Positions 7,647 through 16,267 of a stretch of DNA of 17,820 nucleotides are shown here, piece by piece (position 1 is the stretch's first letter; each line of letters opens with the position of its first letter). The stretch lies in NCBI GenBank assembly GCA_016765095.1, contig JAESQQ010000852.1:1-17820 (forward strand). Reading direction: 5' to 3'. The stretch comes from Planctomycetota bacterium (lineage in GTDB: Bacteria; Planctomycetota; J058). A model generated the notes under the pieces. It did no database searches, was not told the DNA's origin, and saw nothing but the letters and a program-made list of their open reading frames with translations. The position numbers and the translations under genes were made by a program.

Positions 7647-7828
7647 GGGTGCGGGGTTTACAGCGCCTGACGTTGACAAGCCTAATCCCAGCGGCCGTCT
7701 GTCTCTCCCGGACAGGCGGGCGGGGGTAAACCCCGCACCCTACAGATCGCGAGAGGGCCCCTCCGCAAGGCGCCCAATTAGACGGCTCACAACACGCTTT
7801 GGTAGGGGCGGGGTTTACCCCCGCCCGC
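7647..7828. repeat. BIME-like cluster of three REP-like elements in alternating orientation
   Basis: 7647-7661 (GGGTGCGGGGTTTAC) is the exact reverse complement of 7726-7740. The full direct copy is at 7716-7761. The reverse complement of 7803-7828 reads GCGGGCGGGGGTAAACCCCGC-CCCTA, identical to 7716-7742 except for one A indel. An inner 9-bp hairpin lies at 7695-7703/7711-7719. Confidence 0.8.
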
Positions 7829-7952
7829 CCCCAGACTTTCCCGAACGACCTCTCTGGAGCCTTTCGGGAAGTTAGTCGTCGCTACGTCAGGAGCTGTACC
7901 CCCTCCCTTACGAAAGCAACGGGGGGTGTACCACAACTTGTGATGCGCAGCG

Positions 7953-10900
7953 TTAGGCGCTCGACGGGGCCCCAGCGAAGGCTGGGAAGTAGGTCTGGCG
8001 GAGGGCCAAGCCTCGCTTCATGTCGTCGTAGACGTAGTCCTCGAGCGAGCGCTGATCTCCCGGCTTGGCGCCGAACACGTCGCAGCACTTCTCGAACAGG
8101 GCCTGCGCGTTGGGCCGCTTGGCTGGATCTGCATCGGTCGCGGCCCGGAGGAGCTTGACCAGCATGCGGGCCCCGGTCCCGACTTCGAGGAGCTTGCCGT
8201 CCGAGATCGGAGAGACGCCTCGATCCTTGAGGTTCATCAGCTGGCGGAAGGCTTCCCTGGGCTCGAGCTCATAGATTCCTTCGCGCTCGTAGGGGCGATC
8301 ACCGGTGAGGTGGCTGTAGAACACGAGGCTCAGCGCGTAGACGTCACTCTTGGGCGAATACGTCCCAGTCACGACGCCCCGCTCGCCTGCGCTAGGCAGG
8401 GCTTCGGGCGCCAAGAAGACGGCGGATCGCTCGACACGCCTGCACCCCGCGAGGAGGTTTAGGCGCTGAGCCTGGCTGAGGTCGGTGAAGATCGGCGTCC
8501 AACGGCCCTCGACGAGGCGCTCGAGGTACTCCGCGTCCGAGAGCCCATCTTCGTCCGAGCTCGGCATCCGGAGCCGAATCGACTGGGGCTCGATCCCGCA
8601 GAGGAGGAAGGCTCCCCCGTCGGGGAGCTTGTGGAATCGGAGCAGGCTAGCGAACAGGTTGAGGTAAGTGTCGACCGCGAGAGCAGGGTCGATGCGACCT
8701 CCAGAGCCGCTCTCCACAAGGCGCTGCGCCGGGTGAGCCTCGAGCGGCTCGAACACCAAGTATCGGTTGACGTCGTTGATCAAGCCCTTGTCGATCATGT
8801 GTGGGTAGCCGGGATCCGGCGTCGCGTAGAAGCGCTGCTCCCGACGGAGCGCGGTCTTTCCGAAGCAAACCTTGATCGAGCCCCGTGTGACCGGCCGCTC
8901 GAACCCGGCGAACTCGCCGTCTCCCTGAATCGTGACGTCGTAGATCTTGCCCGCGCCGACCTGACCGCGGGCAGTCCCGAATTGATACGCCCGCGACATG
9001 TCTCCACTGAGGACCATCGTCGGGGCCGCGTCTTCGTCCTTGCTGACTTCGCGGGTCTCGGTGACTTTGTCGGGACCGAGCTGAGCGAGGAGTTCGTCGT
9101 CGTCGTAGAGGCTGGCGCCGCCGAGTCGAACCGCCTGTTCCTCTTTCGGTTCCTCTTTCTCTTTCGTTTTTCCCCAGGAGGGGAGCGGGGGGGGAGCGGG
9201 AGTGTGACGAGAACGAGAGCCAGATCGAGTCGCGTCGGCTCGTGTCGCCGACACTCCAGCAGTGGAGTCTGGGCCCGAACCCGGGTCCGAGTCCGACGAG
9301 TCTGACGAGTCTGAGTAGGGCGAGTCCGGCTCCGAGTCCGGCTCCATCATGTTCAACTTGACGTCGTCGTAGTAACCCCGTCCGGTGAACCTCTTTGTTC
9401 CGGCCTTGGGAGGAGCCTCGGCGTAGGGGTTGTCCTCCTCGGCGTAGGGGTCGTCCTCTTCGGCGTAGGGGGCCTCGTCGGCAATTGTTGGGTCGGCTGG
9501 AGCCAACGCTGCGGGGCTCGCCCGGAGTCCGCCGGCGCTCGCGATCACCTCCGCGATCGACGGATCGAGCGGCTCGCCGGTGTCCATCGTGGAGCGGATC
9601 GACTTCGCAGCCGCGCGCGCCGTGGCATACCGATCCCCTGGGTCTCGCTCACAGAGCCAGCCGATCAAGCGGGCGAGACCCGCGCTGACCTGGGGCCGCA
9701 CGACGCGCGGGTCGGGGACGCCTCGCTTCAGCTTGCGGCTAATGACCTCCTGGTAGGACTTCCCGCCGTAGGCCGGCGACCCGACCACGAACTCGTAGAG
9801 ACAGAGTCCAACCGCGTAGAGATCTGCGCGGACGTCGACGGGATGCTCGCCTGTGATTTGCTCAGGGGCGGCGTAGCGGGGGGTCCCTTGGAAGCGCTGA
9901 TCCGCGTCGACCGAGGTCTCGACCTTCTTGGCGAGGCCGAGATCGGCGAGCTTGGGGATTCCGTCCCGCCCGATCAAGACATTCTCCGGCTTGACGTCGC
10001 GGTGGACGATCCCGTGCTCCTCTGCGCAGGTCAGGGCCTCGGCGATCGCCAGGCAGATCGTGAGCGCGTCCCTCTCGGGGAGCTGCCCGAGGCGCTTGAG
10101 CATGGCTCCGGCAGTCTCGCCGTCGACGAACTCGAAGGCCACGAACTTGCGCCCCGTGACCTTGCAAGTGCCTTGCTCGATGACCCCGACGATGTTGGCG
10201 TGGTGGAGCTTCGCCGCCGCTTTGGCCTCCTGCTCGAGGCTCTCGACGAAGGCCTTGTTGCCGTGCAAGCGGCTGGTCAAAACCTTGATCGCGACTTCGC
10301 GATCAAGGCTCTTCTGCCAGGCCTTGTAGACCTGTCCCATCCCGCCCTCGCCCAAGAGCGAGATGATCTGAAAGCCTCCGACCTCGGTTAACTCGCCTTC
10401 GACTTGGTCGTCGAGACCCCCAAGGTCGATCTCGAACACCCCTCCATCATCCCCGTCCGCTTGGCGAACCGGATCCGGGCCGCGAGAGCCCGGCAGGAAC
10501 GTGAGCTCGTCCGCCTCGCCCGTCCGCGAAGCGGATCTGGTCTGAGAGGGGGGTCTGCTCTGAGACGCGGGCACCACCACGTCGGCTTCAGGGACGTCGA
10601 GGAGATCGAGAATCGTCATGTCCGCCAGGCCGCTCTTCTGGGAGTCCGCCACAGGGGCCGGAGTCCGCTGGCCCAGGGGGAGGACGGTCTCCTCGATAGC
10701 CGTCCGATCGATCTGCTCACTGGCTGAGGAGACAGGCTGCGCGGCCAGGGGTCCAAGAGGGAGGATCGTGCCATCGATGATGGTCTGATCCGCGTCGCCC
10801 TCGTCAGAGGCGGCGCTGGGGAGATCGACGCTCTGGAGCATCGTGCGGTCTGCTGAGCCTTCGTCCGGGAGATCGACGCTCTCGAGCATCGTGCGGTCCG

Positions 10901-12098
10901 CTGAGTAATCGTTGGAGCCGGCGCCAGGGAGATCGACGCTCTCGAGCATCGTGCGGTCCGCTGAGTAATCGTTGGAGCCGGCGCTAGGGAGATCGACGCT
11001 CTGGAGCATCGTGCGGTCTGCTGAGCCCTCGCCGGGAAGATCGACGCTCTCGAGCATCGTGCGGTCCGCCGAAGCGAATTCCTTAGAGGGCTTCGTCGCA
11101 CCCGCGGCCGCCGCAGGTCGAACGACGTCTCTCGGGGTTGCCTGCTTGGGAGCTACCGGGGGAAGGTCGGAACCGCCGAGCGCGACGCGGACCGACGACT
11201 CCTTGTTCTGATCCAAGAGGACCACGACCCGAGGAGGTGTCTGCTGGGTTTGGTCCCGGAGGTCCAGACCAACGCGCGCTCCCAGCGCTGCCAGCTCACC
11301 CTGCACCTCACGCGCGGGGAGGCGATCGACGGGCTCACGAGCCAGGAGGCGGAGCAAGAGCGCAGTCAAGCGTTCGGGAATGTCGTCGCCGACGAGTGGG
11401 CTGGCTGGTTGCGCGACGCGGCTCGCGAGGTACTCGGCTCGGCCGACCCCTTCGCCCCAGGGGAACGCGAGGGCACCGGTTAGGCCGAAGTAGAGCGTCG
11501 AGCCGAGGCCATACAAGTCGGTCGCGTAGGAGCTGGGCTCTCCTTCGACTTGTTCGGGAGCTAGGTGCAGGAAGTCGAGGACCTGCTTCGGCTCGCCCCA
11601 CTCGACCAAGGTCGGCTGATTCTGCGCGGTGAGAATCACACTCGAGGGCTTGACGTTCCCATGCGTGATTCCTGCCGCGCGGAGTACGCCCAACGCCCCA
11701 GCCAGCGCGTGTCCCAGCTTGATTGCGTCCTCGTAGCGGAGCGCGCCAGACTTGAGCACGGTGTGCTGGACGTCCAGCCCTTCAATGTGCTGACTCGCGA
11801 CGAAGCACTTGCCGCCCCAGATCGTGAGTCCGACGACGGCCGCGAGGTTGGAGTGGGTCACCTCCTGAAGGCCACTTAGGATTTCTGGAGCGTCAGCAGA
11901 GCAAAGCCCGGTTTTACCGAGGCACTTGAGCGCGACTTCGACGTCGTCCTCGCCCTGCGCTGCGAATACACGAGATCCCTCGTTGGCTCCCAGCGGGCAG
12001 AGAATCTCGAAGCCACCAATCTTGGCGCCAACCTGACTCACGTTCATAGACAACGGATGGTACGCCGCGAGGGCTCGGCAAACCACCCCCCGGGCCAA
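7953..12098 (-). CDS. Giant multi-kinase-domain protein: N-terminal pseudokinase-like domain, tandem peptide-repeat array, canonical Ser/Thr kinase domain, acidic/Ser-rich linkers, C-terminal pseudokinase-like domain
   Basis: The middle domain (about nt 9600-10375) is canonical: GEGGMGQVY, VAIKVL, HRDVKPENVLI, DLG, GTPRYAAPE. The N-terminal domain has HGNVKPSSV in place of HRD and WGE in place of DFG, but keeps APE and the C-lobe. The C-terminal domain keeps the C-lobe (FLAPEAL, SDVYALSLVFYSHLTGDRPY, DPAKRP), but LCGIEPQSIRL replaces the catalytic loop. The track start is TTG 12098; ATG at 12047 (MNVSQVG...) is an equally plausible start. Confidence 0.85.
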   Translation of the reverse strand: MARGVVCRALAAYHPLSMNVSQVGAKIGGFEILCPLGANEGSRVFAAQGEDDVEVALKCLGKTGLCSADAPEILSGLQEVTHSNLAAVVGLTIWGGKCFVASQHIEGLDVQHTVLKSGALRYEDAIKLGHALAGALGVLRAAGITHGNVKPSSVILTAQNQPTLVEWGEPKQVLDFLHLAPEQVEGEPSSYATDLYGLGSTLYFGLTGALAFPWGEGVGRAEYLASRVAQPASPLVGDDIPERLTALLLRLLAREPVDRLPAREVQGELAALGARVGLDLRDQTQQTPPRVVVLLDQNKESSVRVALGGSDLPPVAPKQATPRDVVRPAAAAGATKPSKEFASADRTMLESVDLPGEGSADRTMLQSVDLPSAGSNDYSADRTMLESVDLPGAGSNDYSADRTMLESVDLPDEGSADRTMLQSVDLPSAASDEGDADQTIIDGTILPLGPLAAQPVSSASEQIDRTAIEETVLPLGQRTPAPVADSQKSGLADMTILDLLDVPEADVVVPASQSRPPSQTRSASRTGEADELTFLPGSRGPDPVRQADGDDGGVFEIDLGGLDDQVEGELTEVGGFQIISLLGEGGMGQVYKAWQKSLDREVAIKVLTSRLHGNKAFVESLEQEAKAAAKLHHANIVGVIEQGTCKVTGRKFVAFEFVDGETAGAMLKRLGQLPERDALTICLAIAEALTCAEEHGIVHRDVKPENVLIGRDGIPKLADLGLAKKVETSVDADQRFQGTPRYAAPEQITGEHPVDVRADLYAVGLCLYEFVVGSPAYGGKSYQEVISRKLKRGVPDPRVVRPQVSAGLARLIGWLCERDPGDRYATARAAAKSIRSTMDTGEPLDPSIAEVIASAGGLRASPAALAPADPTIADEAPYAEEDDPYAEEDNPYAEAPPKAGTKRFTGRGYYDDVKLNMMEPDSEPDSPYSDSSDSSDSDPGSGPDSTAGVSATRADATRSGSRSRHTPAPPPLPSWGKTKEKEEPKEEQAVRLGGASLYDDDELLAQLGPDKVTETREVSKDEDAAPTMVLSGDMSRAYQFGTARGQVGAGKIYDVTIQGDGEFAGFERPVTRGSIKVCFGKTALRREQRFYATPDPGYPHMIDKGLINDVNRYLVFEPLEAHPAQRLVESGSGGRIDPALAVDTYLNLFASLLRFHKLPDGGAFLLCGIEPQSIRLRMPSSDEDGLSDAEYLERLVEGRWTPIFTDLSQAQRLNLLAGCRRVERSAVFLAPEALPSAGERGVVTGTYSPKSDVYALSLVFYSHLTGDRPYEREGIYELEPREAFRQLMNLKDRGVSPISDGKLLEVGTGARMLVKLLRAATDADPAKRPNAQALFEKCCDVFGAKPGDQRSLEDYVYDDMKRGLALRQTYFPAFAGAPSSA
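10821..11072 (-). repeat. Intragenic tandem repeat array (periods 48/60/60/48 nt) encoding SADRTML[EQ]SVDLP units
   Basis: Five near-identical units start at 10821, 10869, 10929, 10989 and 11037. Positions 10867-10924 and 10927-10984 are a perfect 58-bp duplication. Three further degenerate units (DQTIIDGTILPLG, DRTAIEETVLPLG, ADMTILDLLDVPE) extend the array down to about 10598. Confidence 0.9.
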
Positions 12099-12165
12099 TC
12101 GGATTGGGATCGAAGTGACTCGAGGGACTCTTGGCTCGCCCCTGGGGGAGCCTTCCGTAGAGCCC

Positions 12166-13827
12166 CTAGAGCCCCTCGAGTTCCACCGCTGTCGCGTAGA
12201 GCGTCTCTCGATCCCCGCGCTGGACGAAGTCGCGAAGCATGAACGAGGCGGATCGCTTGACGGTCTCCTTGAAGCGGACCTTTCGGTTGACGCGGAGCCG
12301 GACTCGCTTATCGAGGTCCAGGAGGCGGTCGGAGAGGAAGATTGTCAACGCGGTGGCGGCTTTGCAGTCGACGCGGAGCGTGTTGTTGGGCAGGACTCGG
12401 GCCTGAACGGTCGCGACGACCCGCTTGGAGACTTTGCTCGTCGGCGCAAGGTCGAACAGCCGAATCTTGACCTCGTCGATTCGAACCCAAAACCGGCGAA
12501 AGTCCGTCAGGCGTCCAGCGACCAGCTCGAATCGCTTTGGGTAAGGGTCGCGGCTCCGGGCTGCCATCCAGGGAGCGACCCAGGGCAGCTCTTCGTAGAA
12601 CCCCTCGTGGCCGCGGCCGATGTACTCGACGTAGGTCACGTCGGCGCCAAGATCAATCATGGCCTTGGTCTGCTTGCGGCAGCGCTCGGTCCAGACGTCC
12701 TTCTCGCCTTGAATGCAGTAAACGGGGACGCGTCGCGCGTTGCGTCGGTAGTGTTTGTCGAAGGCGAAGTGACTGCTGATCAAGGGGATCACCCCTGCGA
12801 ACCGATCCGGGTGGCTGAACGCGGTGTCCCACGAGGCGTGGCCGCCCATCGAATGCCCGGTCAGGAACACCCGGTCGAAGTCGACCGCGTAGCGGTTGGA
12901 GAGGTCCAAGAGCGCGGTCAGGACCGTGCTGTGCTCGAGGTAGGAGTGGTGATAGCCCTGGGCCCTCGTCACCGCGTACTCCACGCTCATCAGGAGCATT
13001 CCCTGCTTCTGTGCGAATCGACCCCAGCAGGCAAGCATGCTCCGCAGGCCGTCGCCCTGGCCGTGGAGCGCCACGATCACAGGGGCAGGCACGCTCGCGC
13101 GGTGGCCCTTGGGGACTTGGAGGAGGTAGGCGCTCTTCTTCCCACCTGGAAGTGTGAGCGGAATCGCCTGGGTCGGGGCGGGCTCTTTCCCCCAAGCAGA
13201 CCCAGCACCTCCCCGAACCAGGGCCTCCCATGTCTTGTAGGGCAACTTGAGGGCTGGAACTCGCGCCAACACCTCGTCGAGAGGCGCACCCTTCGAGCGG
13301 GCCGCGAGCAGGTCCCGAACCAGCGCCTCCGCCTGCGCGACGAGGGCAGGGTCGAGAGCCTTCAAGTCGCCCGGGGATAGGAAGTGCCCGTAGCGGCGAG
13401 CGATCCGGAATCGCTCGAGCTCTGCGCGTATTCCTGCGGTGTCGCCAGGGAGAGGCGCACCTGTCCCGAGCGGGAACACGACCTTCAAGGCCTGGCAGGA
13501 TCGGGGCACGAGCTCTGTTCTCTCGACCCTCGCCAGCTCGACGAGCGCGTCGTCTTTGGCGAGAGCTGCCGACGCTTGGAGGGTGCCCAGGCGGGCGAGC
13601 CAGTGTTTGGTGTCGGGCGCGGGCCGCCGGGCCGGGGCCTGCGCAGGTTCGCCGAGCCGAGCGGTCGGGACGTCGATCCAGCGCTTGGCGGCTTCGATTC
13701 GAGTCCGCTTTCCCTTCTTGATCGCCTTGCCCTGATAGACCCGGCCGTCCTTGAGCTTGATCTCCTCCGCTTGGACCGAGCCGAGCGAGAGCAAGCCCAG
13801 GAGCGAAACCCAGATCAACTGCTGCAT
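12166..13827 (-). CDS. Secreted alpha/beta-hydrolase (esterase/peptidase-like) with N-terminal extension domain
   Basis: N-terminal signal peptide MQQLIWVSLLGLLSLGSVQA. Nucleophile elbow GHSMGG after VIVALHGQGD. Candidate acid and His residues in GEKD and GRGHEGF. Preferred over the antisense ORF 12115..13380, which is Arg/Gly-rich and has no motif. Confidence 0.8.
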   Translation of the reverse strand: MQQLIWVSLLGLLSLGSVQAEEIKLKDGRVYQGKAIKKGKRTRIEAAKRWIDVPTARLGEPAQAPARRPAPDTKHWLARLGTLQASAALAKDDALVELARVERTELVPRSCQALKVVFPLGTGAPLPGDTAGIRAELERFRIARRYGHFLSPGDLKALDPALVAQAEALVRDLLAARSKGAPLDEVLARVPALKLPYKTWEALVRGGAGSAWGKEPAPTQAIPLTLPGGKKSAYLLQVPKGHRASVPAPVIVALHGQGDGLRSMLACWGRFAQKQGMLLMSVEYAVTRAQGYHHSYLEHSTVLTALLDLSNRYAVDFDRVFLTGHSMGGHASWDTAFSHPDRFAGVIPLISSHFAFDKHYRRNARRVPVYCIQGEKDVWTERCRKQTKAMIDLGADVTYVEYIGRGHEGFYEELPWVAPWMAARSRDPYPKRFELVAGRLTDFRRFWVRIDEVKIRLFDLAPTSKVSKRVVATVQARVLPNNTLRVDCKAATALTIFLSDRLLDLDKRVRLRVNRKVRFKETVKRSASFMLRDFVQRGDRETLYATAVELEGL

Positions 13828-13947
13828 GGGGGCAGCCTACCGCCTTGCCCTCTACCCGCGGACGCGCTCCACACCGAAGTGTGAAGCGCGTCGAGGGAGA
13901 CTCAGCCGTTCCGGCGGGCGTATTCAGAGGCCGCAATCGCAGCCCCG

Positions 13948-14277
13948 TTGAGCAGGAGGAAGGCTGTCACGGCCAGGACGCCGTCGCCAACCAAGTCAGA
14001 GGAGGCTACGGCAAGGCAGATCGCGCCCACCCTCAGAACGCCGACTGGCGAGCGAGAGCTCGCTCCTGGCGAGGTCGTCCACTTTGGACTCGGAGCGAGC
14101 AGCGCTCACCAACTCCTGAACAAGAGCCAAGAGCCGGTTCGCTACCTGGTGGCTAGCAATCGCGTCTCTCCCGACGCCGTCGAATACCCCGATTCGGGGC
14201 AGCTCTCGGTGATGGCCTTCACCGAGAGCCAGACCGGAGAGCCGCTTTGGAACATGCGTTCGCTAGACGAGAGCTAG
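13948..14277 (+). pseudogene. Cupin-domain remnant or degenerate cupin protein
   Basis: The C-terminal part PTLRTPTGERELAPGEVVHFGLGASSAHQLLNKSQEPVRYLVASNRVSPDAVEYPDSGQLSV matches the second half of small bacterial cupins (..TLRTPxGxxELxPGxxVxFPxGxxGAHxxxNxSxxPxRxLxxS...EYPDSG). Where the HxH..EE metal motif belongs, the sequence reads PSPTKSEE (no His). The N-terminus is too short and the only start is TTG. Confidence 0.4.
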
Positions 14278-14342
14278 CTCGCAGGCAGGCTCCCCTGGAT
14301 CAGAGACGGCGGGAGTGCGCGGGGTCTGGTAGAACCGCGCCC

Positions 14343-14588
14343 ATGGCCGTCACCCGAACCGAGATCGAGACGCAGGTCCTCGCCGCCCTCGCCTTCGCGA
14401 GCGAGCAGGAGGTTTCCGCCGTCGATCTGGGCGCCGACTTCGACTCCCTCGGCCTCGACTCGGTGGGTCGAGTCGAGCTCCTGGCGCGAGTCGAGGACTC
14501 GTTCGAGACCCACGTGCCTCCCGACGACGCGATCCACCTCGGCTGTGGTCAGGACGTGGTTCGCTACCTTGCCAGGCGGTTGGCGTGA
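14343..14588 (+). CDS. Acyl carrier protein (phosphopantetheine-binding)
   Basis: About 81 aa from the ATG at 14343. Contains the LGLDSV motif (attachment Ser) in an acidic helical context. The stop overlaps the next start (GTGA at 14585-14588). The longer track ORF starting at 14247 adds an Arg-rich extension that is unlikely to be real. Confidence 0.8.
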   Translation: MAVTRTEIETQVLAALAFASEQEVSAVDLGADFDSLGLDSVGRVELLARVEDSFETHVPPDDAIHLGCGQDVVRYLARRLA

Positions 14589-16267
14589 CCCCTCCTTCGC
14601 TCGTCTCGCTCGGCCTCGAGCTCTGCTCGCCTGTGGAAGAGCTCTACTTCGGAGCCGCCGCCGCGCGCGGCGCTCGGACGCTCCACCTCTACAGCGACGA
14701 CCCTCGCGCGGAGCCCGTTCCGCTCAGCTACGACCAGCTCCTGATCCGCGCTCGCGGCGCGGCGGCCAGCCTCCGAGTCAAGCCGGGACAGCCCTACTTG
14801 GTCCTCGTCACGAGCGAGCTGGAGTCGATCGCAGCGATCTTGGGCGGAATGCTGCTCGGGGCGCTCCCGATCCCCTGCGCGCCACCGGCTGGACTGGGCG
14901 GGTTCGCTGGCTGGCGAGCTCGGCTCGAAGAGACGGCCAGCGCCCTCGACGCGCAGCTCGTCGTGGTCCCGAGTGGACTCGCGAGCCTGGTCGAGGGGCC
15001 CGGGCTCCCTCCAATCCAACTCGCCTCCGGCCTCGCCCTCGAAGGGCCCGGCGTCCCAGGCGTCGAGGCTGGCCTCTCCCACCTCCAGCTCACCTCGGGA
15101 AGCACAGCCGCCCCCAAGGGCGTTCGGATTCGCCACGCGAACCTCGAGGCCAACTTGTTCCACATTGGCTGGAGGAGCGGGGTTCAGGCCGACGACGTCG
15201 TCGTCTCCTGGCTGCCTTTGTTCCACGACATGGGCCTCGTGGGCTGCCTCCTGTTCGCTCTCTACTGGAACCTAGACCTCGCGCTGCTCCCCCCGACCGC
15301 GTTCCTGAGTCGACCCAAGCGTTGGCTGGACGTGATCGATCGCCACCGTGGATCGCTCTCACCGGCCCCGGCCTTCGCCTTTCCCTACCTCGCGAGCCGG
15401 CTCCGTAAGACCGACTTGAGCGGGCTCGACCTCTCGAGCTGGCGAGTCGCCTACTGCGGAGCCGAGCCGATCCACGCCGCCTCGATCGAGCGCTTCGTCG
15501 AGGTCCTCCGGCCGGCCAAGTTCGCGCCCGGCACGATCCTTCCCTGCTACGGCCTCGCCGAGGCGACCCTCGCCGTCAGCTTCAGCCCCGTCGGGCGCGG
15601 CGTAAAGACCGTTGGCCTCTCCCGCGCAGCCCTGACCGAGCACCGCGTCGTGCGCTCGACAGACCCCCAGGACACGACCGAGGTCGTGCTCCTCGGGCCG
15701 CTCTTGCCCGAAGTCCAAGTCGAACTCCGCGATCCCCAAGGTCTGCTCACGGGCCCGGATCAAGTTGGCCAGATCGCGCTCCGCGGACCGACGATCACCC
15801 CTGGCTACCAGGGCTCAGCGCCCTTCGCAGGCGACGGACCTTTCCCTTGGCTAGCGACCGGCGACCTCGGGGCTTGGGTCGACGGTGAACTCGTCGTCCT
15901 GGGGCGATCAAAAGACCTGATCATTGCCTTCGGCAAGAACCACTCACCGGTTGAGTTCGAGCGCGCCGCCGAGAGCGTGTCTGGGATTCGTCCCGGCAGC
16001 ACGGCCGCGTTCGCGGTCCCCGATCGAGCCAGCGGAACGGAGGGCGCGGTTCTGTGCTGCGAGGTCCGCGCCGAAGAGAGCGACTGGAGCCGAGGCGCGA
16101 TCGCGTGCTTGGTCCGTGAGGGCGCCACGTCCCGCACGGGCGTTCGGCCCCATGACGTTCGCCTCCTCGAGCCGGGCTCGATTCCTCGAACCACCAGCGG
16201 CAAGGTTCAGCGAGCCAAGACTCGCGAGCTCTACCTCGCCAATCGGCTGACTGGAGCGCCCTCGTGA
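14585..16267 (+). CDS. Fatty acyl-AMP ligase (FAAL, ANL adenylating superfamily)
   Basis: Motifs: [21 protein letters not shown], the FAAL-typical [48 protein letters not shown], and C-terminal TTSGKVQR. Confidence 0.9.
   Translation: MTPPSLVSLGLELCSPVEELYFGAAAARGARTLHLYSDDPRAEPVPLSYDQLLIRARGAAASLRVKPGQPYLVLVTSELESIAAILGGMLLGALPIPCAPPAGLGGFAGWRARLEETASALDAQLVVVPSGLASLVEGPGLPPIQLASGLALEGPGVPGVEAGLSHLQLTSGSTAAPKGVRIRHANLEANLFHIGWRSGVQADDVVVSWLPLFHDMGLVGCLLFALYWNLDLALLPPTAFLSRPKRWLDVIDRHRGSLSPAPAFAFPYLASRLRKTDLSGLDLSSWRVAYCGAEPIHAASIERFVEVLRPAKFAPGTILPCYGLAEATLAVSFSPVGRGVKTVGLSRAALTEHRVVRSTDPQDTTEVVLLGPLLPEVQVELRDPQGLLTGPDQVGQIALRGPTITPGYQGSAPFAGDGPFPWLATGDLGAWVDGELVVLGRSKDLIIAFGKNHSPVEFERAAESVSGIRPGSTAAFAVPDRASGTEGAVLCCEVRAEESDWSRGAIACLVREGATSRTGVRPHDVRLLEPGSIPRTTSGKVQRAKTRELYLANRLTGAPS

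Noticed and set aside
7640-7830. Whether the repeated GC-rich hairpins are a CRISPR array
   Set aside because: The copies are in alternating orientation with irregular spacing (about 65 and 62 nt, with partial copies). A further copy lies 5 kb away, and no cas genes are present. REP/BIME-like elements fit better.
7896-7931. Hairpin (GTACCCCC ... GGGGGTGT) downstream of the giant kinase stop, considered as a minus-strand terminator
   Set aside because: It has only 6 Watson-Crick pairs plus wobbles, an 18-nt loop and no U-tract in the minus orientation. That is too weak to call.
7489-7950. A genomic island or prophage integrated at the tRNA 3' end
   Set aside because: No integrase is present, and I could not find a direct repeat of the tRNA 3' half elsewhere in the window. 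The only GGTTCGAAT match, at about 1118, is a 9-mer inside kinase 1 and is most likely chance.
7639-8158. ORFs 7639..7875 and 7799..8158, encoding peptides such as VGAGFTPARP and AGVNPAPY
   Set aside because: These are translations of the palindromic REP-like hairpins, a common source of spurious hypothetical proteins. The second one also runs antisense into the giant kinase gene.
12158-12175. Perfect 9-bp tandem duplication TAGAGCCCC TAGAGCCCC spanning the hydrolase stop codon
   Set aside because: The duplication is real, but it is tiny and has no evident consequence beyond a possible past slippage event at the gene end. It does not merit a finding.
12115-13380. 421-aa + strand ORF overlapping the hydrolase gene
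   Set aside because: It has no recognisable motif. The minus-strand frame has a signal peptide and the GHSMGG/GEKD/GRGHE hydrolase signatures.
14545-15408. 287-aa + strand ORF out of frame within the FAAL gene; the same applies to 14564..15226 (-)
   Set aside because: Extremely Arg/Pro-rich junk composition. The FAAL frame carries all the adenylation core motifs.
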